Part shown: one piece after another, positions 36,007 through 49,401 of the stretch
Position numbering within the stretch: the stretch's first letter is position 1
Layout: each line of letters begins with the position of its first letter
Source: Dudresnaya verticillata
Taxonomy: Eukaryota
Direction: 5' to 3'
Length of the DNA: 64,000 nt
Assembly: GCA_977862235.1 (NCBI GenBank)
Contig: OZ374558.1
Span: forward strand, 1,674,001-1,738,000
Position numbers and translations under genes: made by a program
Notes under the pieces: model-generated
What the model saw: only the letters and a program-made list of their open reading frames with translations
What the model was told of the DNA's origin: nothing
Databases searched by the model: none

Positions 36007-39000
36007 CGCGGGCCCTCGTACAGTCCTGAGAAGAATCGGCAGGAGTCCACGGGGAGTAGTTCCACGTGAATACGGAAGTATGTATGAAATACTTAGCTCT
36101 GAAGGCCTTGCAATTCGGGGGTAGACGAGGTTGAACGAACTTGCTCTGCGAAACAAACATGCAACGGTGAGCTGAGCAAGGCACCGCCTGGTTGTGAAGA
36201 TCTCGCCACCGCCAGGAGAGGGTGCCGTTGGTGAGGCCGAGTTTCTCCTGTTCCATCGGACTCAATAGTCTGGCCCGTCCACATGCGACAAGTGGAAGCG
36301 GCCTGCCAATGACATTGCTTCGTGTTTTACGTCTAATAACACTCTGTATGGGGCATAAAGGACCGTTGTGGGTGGAGAGTGAGAGAGGTTATTCCGCCCG
36401 GAAGTGCAGGTGAACCCCGCCCTGACTTCCCCCCCGCTTCGTTCACAGCCTTGGGCGACTCCATCGACGCCATCCGCCGCATCGGCTACAGCGCCCCCGA
36501 TTCCCGCCCGCTACCCCCCTCTTCGAAGCACTCCACGTAGTGTGTTAGCTCATAGGCCACTGCTGCCGAAGCAGACGCACTCTAAATCAGGCTGTCCGTC
36601 TTGTCGGTCAAGGTGAATGCCCAGAATGAAAGGAAGGAAGAAATTAAGATCCCGGGAAACGAAGGCCCCTCACGAACGACATGGTCAGGATTTATTGTCT
36701 CAAGCACAAGCGGTTCTACCTACCGTGCAATACTCTTTTCGAGATTTGCCTACATGACGAATCAGTTTTTGCTGCGACGAGTCCAGACAGTCTGAGATCA
36801 TGGACCTTGACGTGGTCACATGGCGTTTCGATGACGATGATACCGGAGAGAGCGCGTCTTGTCAACGACGTTCCTGGGTTTATGCTCCAAGGCGTATGGT
36901 AACGAAGGTATTGCTCGCCTCTTACTGCGCACACGGGATAGAAGTAGAGGCACGCACCTCCCACCACCCAACAACCAAGATGACCGATCAGAATCACCCC
37001 ACCAAACACAGCCGTCTATCGACAGGGGCCGAACAAAATCGAACTTCTTGGATCCGGGCAACCTAGTCGCTGAGAGGCACTAAACCTTGTTCATCATGAC
37101 CGATGCTACAAATCCGGACAAAAGGATGCAGTTTCTCGAAGCAGTCGTTTCTCGAAGCAGGCGTTTCTCGAAGCAGGCGCGTCTCAAAGCAGGCTAGACG
37201 GAGCTAGCGCAGGGCAAGCTCCAGTATTACCGCTATCTCGAAGACCACCTCCCGGTACATATACATTTCGATATGGCCGAAATGTGCATCCCACAAAGTG
37301 TGATCCGGGCGCCCCTCCTGTGCAGAGGGAGGGGCTTTTTCGTCGATCCGGCGCGGAGAGAGAGGAATGCAGCTGCTCACGATTTGGTGCAGATTCCAAT
37401 CGCGCTGCAGAAGCAATGCGGTCGCGGATATTGTTCGCAAAGATACATCCTGGTTCTGCGTCGAGACGAATATTTTGAAGAAGGCGTTGGCTTCCTGGTG
37501 GGACGGTGTCGCAAGATGTGTTGTTCGAGCCCGTATATCCGTTGAGGTATCGCGCGCTGGGCGCGACACACCGCTGCAGCGCCTTACGCCCATGCCTTAG
37601 TGGAGTTGGGCGGGGCAGGAAAGAAGAGCAGTGAGGTGGGAACCGCAGAGGGCGATGCGCGCTCGGTGGTTGAATTGGCGTCAAGTGCGGGAGGGGCGAT
37701 CGGCCGAATGAGCAGCGCGTGCCGTGGGTGGGCGAACATAGCGCCTATGCGCGAGGATCGGATGAGCGGATGCGCGCGGATGTGGTGAGGGCGTTATGGG
37801 TTCAGCACACTGGCATGACCAGTGGCCAAAAGGCACAACCATCTTAAAAGTCTTCTTCTGTAACTGGGTGTTGACATGATAGCATCCCGTGGGCCACGGA
37901 TTGGGCTCACTTATTTGGTCTCATTCAGTCCAATGTGTCTGTTTCCGGCCTTCTATTCTCCCTCGCTTTGGCTGTACCATGGAACCTTCACAAGAAAATA
38001 TACCCCTGCTCCTCATGAATGGACTTGTCAGTATCGCTTTCCACAGCTAGATATTTGAGAGCTACAAGAAAAAGCGGCAGCTCTTGCTTTTGCATCGATG
38101 GATAGCATACTGCTACACATACTTCTGCTGGGTTTCGGAAATGTGTTATCTTGCTCCCCGACGATATCAAATGTGCACGGCCGCGGAGAGATCTAGTAGC
38201 GAATAAACGTGCCCCATGCCTTGAACTGCAGCTGTTTCCGGATGCTGGTTCCTCTGACCCAAGGCGCTAGATCAAGAAGGTTCGACAAGAGCCGAAAATG
38301 TATCGAACATGATTTGGCACGAGTCGAGCATGTGACGGCAATTCGAACAAGCGGCGGCAATGGGTTTCAACATCTGCAGCAAAAGCAGAACTTCAACATC
38401 TTGATTTCCTCCGTGTGCTTTCCGAGCTCTACCGCAAGGCCACCAGTTCATATTCAGAGCCGATCTAGAATACAACGTAATAATCGTATTCTACTCCTTC
38501 ATCACCTGCCGAAACTCTTCAGATCGAGATTGGGACTGGAACGCCCTCGATGAACCATCCGCCTGTCTACAGCACCGGCGAGGTGTTGTCAAGTTTTGAG
38601 CTGCACTGTACCACCGAGGTCAAAGTCAACTGTTGCAACATAGCTTCCAAGCACATCTCCAAAGCTCTCGACGGGTTTCTACGGCTCCAACAATAGTGCG
38701 AGGACAAATGTGAGCAGATCACTGCAGATATACGTCTTGAGGGATTTGGGCAGTTCCTGTACACCGGCAGCGTCACAGGCGTTGGTTCGAGCGAAACGCT
38801 CAAGCAGGTATGAGTTTGATTGCGCAAGACTGTTCTGAGCTCTTCGTCACCATTTAAGCATTCGCTGGGACCCATGCTGTTCGCTTCGGCGTTCATCATT
38901 TCCATATGTAGAGTGCGCGTCTTGTTACCTGATTTGCTGGTCCGGATACAACAGTGACTTGCAAAGAATGCAAAGGATTACGGAGTCTTGCTCAGCTGGA

Positions 39001-39786
39001 TGCCATCAAGCTGAGAAATCTCTGTTTTCCGAGGTGATATCCCGGAGATTTGCCTGCCCCCTGACTTTGCTGCATCGTGCCCTCAGCGACGCGAGAATCG
39101 ATGTCGTCCTGATGCCCTTAGGCAAAAATTTGCTCTTCATCATCATGCACTCGGGTCGTCGTTCTATTAGGGAATGAATCTGCTTCAAGCTGCTTGGGCA
39201 GTTCTCAAATGCGCCAGATCTTGGAAGAGGGAGATTTCTCGCGCAGTGCTGAGAGTAACCCGGATGCTCGCGGCCTGCCTGCTATTGGTGGCAACGGTGC
39301 GGAGCGATGTTTGCCCAAAAGTGAATGAAAGAAAACTGCGTGACCCTTTGGGCATCCCCACCGCAAAGAACAGTATCTGTACAAGATACTTGTGCTGCGC
39401 GAGCTCGCGCACAATGCCAAAGGCGTACTCCACGACGTCAGCATGGACAGGGCTGAGGAAGGATCGGGCACGCCAACTAAGTTGAAGGCTGCCTCCAGAA
39501 CGGGCATGAAATTGTGGACAGAGATGCCCTGCGCGGGAGAAAAGCGGCCTGACGGACAAGGTGTTCATGCGGAAATGAGGCAGTCTGGCGAGGCTTGTAC
39601 TGTGAGGAAGAATGCAGCCACACTGTTCTTCCTCGAGCAGCAGCTTCAATCCGCGGTGGTATGCCACTCTGGGCCCCCTTCGCCTTCCAATTGGAGCCCC
39701 TGAAGAACGATGCCCTTATTACCGCCGGTTACGGTTTCTGGCTAGAGTGATCGGACGCGGGATGACTCCACCGTTCGTGCATGCAG

Positions 39787-40116
39787 TCAATTGTATCTGC
39801 CGACATGTCTCACACTCTTGGTCGTTATTACCTTATATCGCCTCGATGTAGCCTGCTTAGCAGGGTTGTACACGAGCTGGCACATGACACAATCGTGTGA
39901 TCTGCACTCACGCTTTCCTCCGCAAGGTGGAGCTCGGGATTCCACCTTATCGAGTGTCTTCTCCGATCCATCATCTTCAGCAGGAGGCAGTGATCTCGGC
40001 CTCTTAGCTCTTGGCCTCTTAGATCTCGGCCTCTTAATAAAAACGTATGTATTCCTGTTGAGACGAGCGTTTTCCACAGGCGTACTTGAAGCATGAGTGG
40101 AAGTCAATGACGACAT
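39787..40116 (-). CDS. Small basic hypothetical protein or gene fragment (KRPR x3, Cys/His cluster)
   Basis: ATG 40116 after a pyrimidine-rich leader; KRPRSKRPRAKRPRS; CRSHDCVMC. Also present in copy 3 and absent from copy 2. Confidence 0.3.
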   Translation of the reverse strand: MSSLTSTHASSTPVENARLNRNTYVFIKRPRSKRPRAKRPRSLPPAEDDGSEKTLDKVESRAPPCGGKRECRSHDCVMCQLVYNPAKQATSRRYKVITTKSVRHVGRYN

Positions 40117-40286
40117 TGTGCGTGGGGGTAGGGCGTGGGAGGGGGAGCGGGACGGGGGTGGAAGGGGGGTGAAAGGGGGTGAAAGGGTGGAGGTCGAAAA
40201 GCTCCGGGAGGAAAAATGCGGTACGAAAGGGGAGGTTTGACCGGAGAATGGGAGTGGCTTTCGAAGGGCGTCGGGAAGGCTAAGAA

Positions 40287-43200
40287 GGACGATACGGAAC
40301 GGCAACGCAAGGTTGCTTCATTTCGCAGTACCTTGATTTCTTGTGCATTGGCAGAAGCGGCGCTGGAAGATACAGCGCGATGGTAGCCAGGGGCTGTCAG
40401 TTCCACGGGAAGAGAAGAAGAGGGAAGGAGCCGAAAGAGAGATCCGTCGGGGGGCTGTTCACCTGGACGTGGATGGAAAGTGAAAGGTCCTTGCAGTCAT
40501 GCAGAGAGGCCACGAGCATCCGAAGCATGAGACATTGAACCCGAGTGCTGTAAGCATGTCAGCTTACAGGTTTCCAGTGCAAAGCTTTTCTTTTGTCGAA
40601 TCGCGCCAGAGCGGTTTTGGAAATGTGACACTTGAGAGCGCCGATAGGACCGCTCGAACGCAGCGCAAGGGTTTCCCCTTTGCCGGCAGACTCGGACATC
40701 GCTTCCAGTGTGGTTCGCACCCCACTACCGACGGTCGCCGGCAGCAACTTTGTTCCCTGTTTCGGTATTGAGTGAAGGCCTTCGTAACTTCCGCTAGGCT
40801 TGTCTTACGAGCCAGAAGTCCACGACTCAAACACAAGGTCTACTCTAGGGGCAAGGTTCGTGAACAGTACTCTCTTTCACGGGTCTCAGCATCTTCTCTT
40901 CTCTGCTTCTTCATGGATGACCCGTTCAAGCCGTACTAACAACCATTCAACGTCATTCCCTATTGCGAACCTGTTTCAGCGGTTCCAACATGGCCGACTT
41001 CCTGGTGTTACAATTTGCGATCGATACAGAGTAGACGTCCCAATTTCCAACCAGGCTTATCTTTCGTATGATATTGTTGGCTAATTTCGAGCTGTTCGGC
41101 AAGTATCGCGAGTCACTTTTTCGCTGCAGACTTGCGATTACTCGTAATATGCCCTGGTCCAGTGATTGCATCACCGCTGCACGCCTCAATTTTCGTCCGT
41201 AGCCATGCACTGCGGGAATCCTATTTCTCGACGTGACGTTTTAGAGTGCATGATGGAAAACAAGACAAACTTGAGGTGCTCCACTCCTCAGACTGTCGAA
41301 GAGACGCTCTAGCCACCCGAACCGACCCCAGCTCGCGCGATTAAGATACGTCAAGTGGGAGGCGGAATCGGCGCGCGTGGGCAGCACCCGCGGGGCGAGA
41401 ACCGCGACAGCCATGGAGTCACCGTCGTTGCGTGGGAGGCTTTTCCACAAGTCGCGTCTACGCTGCCTCGCAGGCCCGAGCATGCGTATATCAGGATGGC
41501 GCGAAAACAACACAATACACATACTGGATGGTATCAAACCAGAACGGGCACTACAGGCGGTTCCAGCTCAGCTAATATCAGCTGGAGCATGGTGCAATAT
41601 TGAAGCAGGTGGCCACAATGCAGAAAGTACAAAGCGCAGACCGTATACTGAAGCAACACACACAAATAACAGCACGTGAAGAGCAGTTGTGCCATTGCGC
41701 CGGCGGTGTATGCGACACGGCATTGCGGGAGTGCTTTCACAGTTGCTTTGACAGGGCCGGCACATGGGCTATCGGTAGGGAAGGATGGCGCTGCAGCGTT
41801 ACAGACTCTCTGCGAGAGTGCGGAACCGACACAGCACGCAAACGGGCAGAACTCTGGGATCCATGGTGCTCAGACGCGTAGTGCGATGCATGGGGGGATA
41901 TTTCGGAGATGTGGAAGGGATCGGCTTGACAGGAGTGCGCGTGAGCGGTTGCGTGTAAGAGGCGACGAGCTCACCGGGACGCCCGGCAGTTCTGGAGAAG
42001 CCGGGTGCAAGCCGGGTGCAAGTCTGGTGGTGGTTCAGGGGGATTCTCAGGTCATAGGGGATTGCTGCGGTTCGGGGTGGAGTGGGGTTACCGATCGGGG
42101 TATATGCTGGAGGAGTCGGCTCATCGCATTAAATAAAAGTTGTTCTTTAAAATAAAGGTCTCCTCTCTCTCTCATCGCGGGGGAAGGCGGGGGCCAGCAG
42201 GCCTCATTCTCATCGCCGATTGGCCGTGCCCGATTTGATCCCAGATATTTCGTACAGAGCGCAGAGCGACGCTGAGCGGTAATCGCACCTGCCACCTCCG
42301 TCCCGGCCGTGATCCCTCCTCAGCCCACAAGTCGCAGTACCGCCAAGCCGCCTTCGTCAACTTCATGTTCTCGTCCGAGTCGCGCGAGCACTCACCACCG
42401 CCGTGATCTACACAGTAGCGTCGTGGCCTCTCTTCGCCGGTCGCAGCCTTCCCAATTGGCGGAGCGCCTGAATCCCTGCCCGTGCTCTGGTGAAATTAAC
42501 GTCTCCTCGGTATCTACGCCCCTGGCTCAACCACCTTCTCGCTGCGTGGCCCTCTGCCTCCCCATCTACACCCATACTTTCTCAATTCTGCGAGCTTTTC
42601 AGACAGCGGCAAAAAGAGCACGTGCTCTTGGATCGTGCGATAAGCACTAATAGTAGTACACTTTATTCAAAGAAGAAAGCTGGAGTCCCTTTGGGAGCTT
42701 AATTTCTGCCATAACGTGCACCGCAGTCAAGGACCTTGCGGATATTGACCACCACAGCTACGTATTGTAGAAGAACAGTGGTCAACAGAGCGTGCTCATC
42801 TCCTTTATGCAACATAAACGCAAACGCACTTTATCAACTAAGATGCTATCAGTGATTCACTCACAACATACGACGACAGTGGGAAGAAATTCTATCGCTT
42901 CGTAACCTTCAAAATCCAGACAGTATGGCAGGCATTCGGAACAGGAATGATAAGTAAAGGATTCCTGAAGAGGACACTACCTCTCGCCGTTATCAACAAT
43001 CTGGACCTGCGCCACGAAACGCAATACACCGCCAGCTACTAGCCCGCAATCTTATTAATCTCTGCAGACCCGGGGGCCCTTTTGTCAACTGGCCCGTTAT
43101 AGGGTTTGTAGCTGTGCTTTCTGTGGTGATGCTTCTTCAATATAGAAGCCCTGGTGGTGACCAATAGACAGTACTGGCAACCAAACCTGCGATACTTCTT

Positions 43201-46200
43201 GTGGAGGCTTTCAAAATGGCGCTTCATATCACCCCTGGTTCCGAATGTAGCCCTGCACGGAGTGTAAGCGCACGGAAAACGCTTGGTGCGTTCGTCTCTC
43301 TGGATAGATTCCGGTATGCGAAAAAGGTCCTCCGCGTTTTCCATGGCGTTGCGATCGTGGGCGTCGTTTGATTCGGGAAGAGAAGGCAACTGGTATTGGT
43401 CCAGGTCCATTATGGGAGCCTTCTGGTATTCAGGCCCACTGATCTGCCTAGCGCGAGAGTCAGACATTTTCAAGTTCTTCTCTCGTGTCTGCTCCATTGG
43501 AATTTCGGATTGCGCGACGAAGGGGCATCTTGATGAACCGGGCTCTGTTGAGGGAACCACGGTGATCTCACGGCGAGAACAGTTAAGCAGTCCAAGCAAT
43601 GGAGTCACAGGCGGCACGTTTACATGCATCTGGGTCCCAGTAGAAGAGCATGTATCGAAATGCATCTTTCCGTACTGCTCCGTTGAGATTCTTGGAAATA
43701 TCATTGAGAAGGAGGGACCGCTTGTAGAACTCAGCTTGGGGTGTGGGACGTTGAATATCGGGTTCGGCTTCCAGGCCCTGTTGTCAAAGGAACCCACTCT
43801 TCGGCGTTTGAAGAGTGTTGAAAGATTGGTAATGCCGTATGGTTCCGGCTCCATCGTAGGAATTATTGGAGTTCCCTGAAAAAGGGGCGGTGCCACCTGT
43901 TCCGTGGGGTCGATATCACTCGGTCCAGACCCTAGCGGTGAGTAATTAAACACCGAAGGCGCAACAGTCTGGAGAGGAGCCGGGCGATATGATTCAACAC
44001 GAACGAGAGATGAGTAGGGCGGTAGGCGAGCCACTGAAATATTTCGTTGAATGAGCAGTGGCGCGGGATGTGGGGGTGAGCCGTAAGGCCAGTCCATCTG
44101 AGAATTGATTTGTGTGTGCCAGTGCATCGCGGGCCCTCGTACAGTCCTGAGAAGAATCGGCAGGAGTCCACGGGGAGTAGTTCCACGTGAATACGGAAGT
44201 ATGTATGAAATACTTAGCTCTGAAGGCCTTGCAATTCGGGGGTAGACGAGGTTGAACGAACTTGCTCTGCGAAACAAACATGCAACGGTGAGCTGAGCAA
44301 GGCACCGCCTGGTTGTGAAGATCTCGCCACCGCCAGGAGAGGGTGCCGTTGGTGAGGCCGAGTTTCTCCTGTTCCATCGGACTCAATAGTCTGGCCCGTC
44401 CACATGCGACAAGTGGAAGCGGCCTGCCAATGACATTGCTTCGTGTTTTACGTCTAATAACACTCTGTATGGGGCATAAAGGACCGTTGTGGGTGGAGAG
44501 TGAGAGAGGTTATTCCGCCCGGAAGTGCAGGTGAACCCCGCCCTGACTTCCCCCCCGCTTCGTTCACAGCCTTGGGCGACTCCATCGACGCCATCCGCCG
44601 CATCGGCTACAGCGCCCCCGATTCCCGCCCGCTACCCCCCTCTTCGAAGCACTCCACGTAGTGTGTTAGCTCATAGGCCACTGCTGCCGAAGCAGACGCA
44701 CTCTAAATCAGGCTGTCCGTCTTGTCGGTCAAGGTGAATGCCCAGAATGAAAGGAAGGAAGAAATTAAGATCCCGGGAAACGAAGGCCCCTCACGAACGA
44801 CATGGTCAGGATTTATTGTCTCAAGCACAAGCGGTTCTACCTACCGTGCAATACTCTTTTCGAGATTTGCCTACATGACGAATCAGTTTTTGCTGCGACG
44901 AGTCCAGACAGTCTGAGATCATGGACCTTGACGTGGTCACATGGCGTTTCGATGACGATGATACCGGAGAGAGCGCGTCTTGTCAACGACGTTCCTGGGT
45001 TTATGCTCCAAGGCGTATGGTAACGAAGGTATTGCTCGCCTCTTACTGCGCACACGGGATAGAAGTAGAGGCACGCACCTCCCACCACCCAACAACCAAG
45101 ATGACCGATCAGAATCACCCCACCAAACACAGCCGTCTATCGACAGGGGCCGAACAAAATCGAACTTCTTGGATCCGGGCAACCTAGTCGCTGAGAGGCA
45201 CTAAACCTTGTTCATCATGACCGATGCTACAAATCCGGACAAAAGGATGCAGTTTCTCGAAGCAGTCGTTTCTCGAAGCAGGCGTTTCTCGAAGCAGGCG
45301 CGTCTCAAAGCAGGCTAGACGGAGCTAGCGCAGGGCAAGCTCCAGTATTACCGCTATCTCGAAGACCACCTCCCGGTACATATACATTTCGATATGGCCG
45401 AAATGTGCATCCCACAAAGTGTGATCCGGGCGCCCCTCCTGTGCAGAGGGAGGGGCTTTTTCGTCGATCCGGCGCGGAGAGAGAGGAATGCAGCTGCTCA
45501 CGATTTGGTGCAGATTCCAATCGCGCTGCAGAAGCAATGCGGTCGCGGATATTGTTCGCAAAGATACATCCTGGTTCTGCGTCGAGACGAATATTTTGAA
45601 GAAGGCGTTGGCTTCCTGGTGGGACGGTGTCGCAAGATGTGTTGTTCGAGCCCGTATATCCGTTGAGGTATCGCGCGCTGGGCGCGACACACCGCTGCAG
45701 CGCCTTACGCCCATGCCTTAGTGGAGTTGGGCGGGGCAGGAAAGAAGAGCAGTGAGGTGGGAACCGCAGAGGGCGATGCGCGCTCGGTGGTTGAATTGGC
45801 GTCAAGTGCGGGAGGGGCGATCGGCCGAATGAGCAGCGCGTGCCGTGGGTGGGCGAACATAGCGCCTATGCGCGAGGATCGGATGAGCGGATGCGCGCGG
45901 ATGTGGTGAGGGCGTTATGGGTTCAGCACACTGGCATGACCAGTGGCCAAAAGGCACAACCATCTTAAAAGTCTTCTTCTGTAACTGGGTGTTGACATGA
46001 TAGCATCCCGTGGGCCACGGATTGGGCTCACTTATTTGGTCTCATTCAGTCCAATGTGTCTGTTTCCGGCCTTCTATTCTCCCTCGCTTTGGCTGTACCA
46101 TGGAACCTTCACAAGAAAATATACCCCTGCTCCTCATGAATGGACTTGTCAGTATCGCTTTCCACAGCTAGATATTTGAGAGCTACAAGAAAAAGCGGCA

Positions 46201-48016
46201 GCTCTTGCTTTTGCATCGATGGATAGCATACTGCTACACATACTTCTGCTGGGTTTCGGAAATGTGTTATCTTGCTCCCCGACGATATCAAATGTGCACG
46301 GCCGCGGAGAGATCTAGTAGCGAATAAACGTGCCCCATGCCTTGAACTGCAGCTGTTTCCGGATGCTGGTTCCTCTGACCCAAGGCGCTAGATCAAGAAG
46401 GTTCGACAAGAGCCGAAAATGTATCGAACATGATTTGGCACGAGTCGAGCATGTGACGGCAATTCGAACAAGCGGCGGCAATGGGTTTCAACATCTGCAG
46501 CAAAAGCAGAACTTCAACATCTTGATTTCCTCCGTGTGCTTTCCGAGCTCTACCGCAAGGCCACCAGTTCATATTCAGAGCCGATCTAGAATACAACGTA
46601 ATAATCGTATTCTACTCCTTCATCACCTGCCGAAACTCTTCAGATCGAGATTGGGACTGGAACGCCCTCGATGAACCATCCGCCTGTCTACAGCACCGGT
46701 GAGGTGTTGTCAAGTTTTGAGCTGCACAGTACCACCGAGGTCAAAGTCAACTGTTGCAACATAGCTTCCAAGCACATCTCCAAAGCTCTCGACGGGTTTC
46801 TACGGCTCCAACAATAGTGCGAGGACAAATGTGAGCAGATCACTGCAGATATACGTCTTGAGGGATTTGGGCAGTTCCTGTACACCGGCAGCGTCACAGG
46901 CGTTGGTTCGAGCGAAACGCTCAAGCAGGTATGAGTTTGATTGCGCAAGACTGTTCTGAGCTCTTCGTCACCATTTAAGCATTCGCTGGGACCCATGCTG
47001 TTCGCTTCGGCGTTCATCATTTCCATATGTAGAGTGCGCGTCTTGTTACCTGATTTGCTGGTCCGGATACAACAGTGACTTGCAAAGAATGCAAAGGATT
47101 ACGGAGTCTTGCTCAGCTGGATGCCATCAAGCTGAGAAATCTCTGTTTTCCGAGGTGATATCCCGGAGATTTGCCTGCCCCCTGACTTTGCTGCATCGTG
47201 CCCTCAGCGACGCGAGAATCGATGTCGTCCTGATGCCCTTAGGCAAAAATTTGCTCTTCATCATCATGCACTCGGGTCGTCGTTCTATTAGGGAATGAAT
47301 CTGCTTCAAGCTGCTTGGGCAGTTCTCAAATGCGCCAGATCTTGGAAGAGGGAGATTTCTCGCGCAGTGCTGAGAGTAACCCGGATGCTCGCGGCCTGCC
47401 TGTTCTTGGTGGCAACGGTGCGGAGCGATGTTTGCCCAAAAGTGAATGAAAGAAAACTGCGTGACCCTTTGGGCATCCCCACCGCAAAGAACAGTATCTG
47501 TACAAGATACTTGTGCTGCGCGAGCTCGCGCACAATGCCACAGGCGTACTCCGCGACTTCAGCATGGACAGGGCTGAGGAAGGATCGGGCACGCCAACTA
47601 AGTTGAAGGCTGCCTCCAGAACGGGCATGAAATTGTGGACAGAGATGCCCTGCGTGGGAGAAAAGCGGCCTGACGGACAAGGTGTTCATGCCGAAAGGAG
47701 GCAGTCTGGCGGGGGTGGCACCGGGAGGAAGAATGCGGTACGAAAGGGGAGGTTTGAGCGGAGAATGGGAGTGGCTTTCGAAGGGCGTCGGGAAGGCTAA
47801 GAAGGACGATACGGAACGGCAACGCAAGGTTGCTTCATTTCGCAGTACCTTGATTTCTTGTGCATTAGCAGAAGCGGCGCTGGAAGATACAGCGCGATAT
47901 TAGCCAGGGGCTGTCAGTTCCACGGGAAGAGAAGAAGAGGGAAGGCGCCGAAAGAGAGATCCGTCGGGGGGCTGTTCACCTGGACGTGGATGGAAAGTGA
48001 AAGGTCCTTGCAGTCA
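40287..48016. repeat. Duplicated unit, copy 2 (604 bp shorter), followed by the first ~210 bp of a further unit
   Basis: Tandem to copy 1; similarity stops abruptly at 48016. Confidence 0.95.
43039..44127 (-). CDS. C2H2 zinc-finger protein, copy 2
   Basis: Near-identical to copy 1, intact ORF, same two fingers. Confidence 0.85.
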   Translation of the reverse strand: MHWHTQINSQMDWPYGSPPHPAPLLIQRNISVARLPPYSSLVRVESYRPAPLQTVAPSVFNYSPLGSGPSDIDPTEQVAPPLFQGTPIIPTMEPEPYGITNLSTLFKRRRVGSFDNRAWKPNPIFNVPHPKLSSTSGPSFSMIFPRISTEQYGKMHFDTCSSTGTQMHVNVPPVTPLLGLLNCSRREITVVPSTEPGSSRCPFVAQSEIPMEQTREKNLKMSDSRARQISGPEYQKAPIMDLDQYQLPSLPESNDAHDRNAMENAEDLFRIPESIQRDERTKRFPCAYTPCRATFGTRGDMKRHFESLHKKYRRFGCQYCLLVTTRASILKKHHHRKHSYKPYNGPVDKRAPGSAEINKIAG

Positions 48017-48132
48017 CGGGACGACGAGGGGACGACGAAAGTACCATGGCGCGAAGACGAAGGTACCATGGCGGTACCATGACGGGACCATGACGGGACA
48101 ATGACGGGACCACGACGGTACGGCGACGGTAT
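48017..48132 (+). repeat. Degenerate 11-bp tandem array (GACGGGACCAT-like)
   Basis: ...GTACCATGGCG GTACCATGACG GGACCATGACG GGACAATGACG GGACCACGACG... Confidence 0.75.
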
Positions 48133-48401
48133 CAGATACGCAAAGCGTTGATGTGCCACTGTATGCAAATTGCGTGCTTTTATCCTTCTTTGCGCAATGT
48201 CCGCTGTCCGCTGTGCTACAAACAGAAAAGTGGCCTTGCGCATGGCCTCTCGAAGCATTCTTGTCTTTGCACACCACACCCAGACAGCCGCTAGCACGAC
48301 GAAGATTGATGGTGCTACAGCGTGGACAACCTTCTCCAAAAGGTCGTCTCAAATCAAGATCCGGTCTGAAAGGCAATCGCTCTCTGTTGTGAACAGTCTA
48401 T

Positions 48402-48450
48402 GTTTACGGTTTACGGTTTACGGTTTACTGTTTACTGTTTACGGTTTACG
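48402..48450 (+). repeat. 7 x 7-bp repeat (GTTTACG/GTTTACT)
   Basis: Direct reading of the sequence. Confidence 0.9.
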
Positions 48451-49166
48451 TCGTGGAAGATTTGAACTCGATGAACGAACGAGGCCAAAACGTTTGATCC
48501 ATCATTGGATGCTGTTGCCAATGTGCAGCATTCCCAAATTCAGTAACAGTCAGTAGCGACTGTGTTCACATATGGTTGTCACTTAACGTGTCATGCCAGC
48601 AACGGATTTGCGCATTGTTCGTACGCGTCGGGGGCGTCGGTAACCAGAAGGGGCTGCGATAGCGCTTGCTGCGAAGAGCACTGGTCAGGCGGCTCGCAAC
48701 GGTACTATGCTTTCTCTGCTTTCTATGCTTTGACGGTAGTGTGATTGCGGCGCGATTGACTGGCGACGACTGGCGCAGTGCGTGGCGACTAAAATGGTGG
48801 CATTTCCGTAGCAACATGGCACAGGAGGAGGAGACCTTTATTACATGGCACAGCGACAGTCAGCGTCCTGGATGAACACATTCGCGTTACACGCGTTGCT
48901 GCGAGCAAAGCTGCTCGTGTTAGGTCGCCAACAGCAGTAGAAAATCTAAACGGATCCGTTCTACTTCCGTTTATCTGCGTTGAACAATTATACACATATG
49001 GTAAACACGGCCTTCACAGTTCGACGAAGCGGCCAATTAGAGCTGTACGCATTGGTCGTGGTGCGCAAAGCAATGAAAGCCCGGTTTGTGCAGGTTCTGT
49101 TACAGTCGCTCGATGCAACCAGCCAGCGGACGTAGAAATGTAATCGGACATGGCGATTAACGGTGC

Positions 49167-49266
49167 GCCGTCAGCTGCTGGCGTCGTCAGCTGCGTCTTC
49201 AGCTCTGCCATCAGCTGCACCATTAGCTGCGCCGTCAGCTGTTCCATCAGCTGCGCCGTCATTTGC
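49167..49266 (+). repeat. ~8 x 12-bp degenerate repeat (GCCRTCAGCTGC)
   Basis: Direct reading of the sequence. Confidence 0.8.
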
Positions 49267-49401
49267 TAACTTTCAAACATAGATACTGGATATCACAATA
49301 CCATTTACTAATAATTCCATGCCCGATTGAGCCGACCACGCGCCTGGGCTCCAATTTCCAAGGCCAAACATACAAAACCAGCAGCTGGCGGACGATCTGA
49401 G

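Larger units (their letters stand above)
32168..40286. repeat. ~8.1-kb duplicated unit, copy 1
   Basis: The anchor GGACGATACGGAACGGCAACGCAAGG recurs at 32168, 40287, 47804 and 63972; internal ORFs repeat at +8121. Confidence 0.95.

Noticed and set aside
36300..39700. Genes in the remainder of the duplicated unit
   Set aside because: Only short ORFs with frequent stops in all frames. Possibly decayed gene fragments, but no family is recognisable.
48402..48450. (TTTACGG)n as an interstitial telomere
   Set aside because: Only 7 imperfect units, and the host telomere repeat is unknown.
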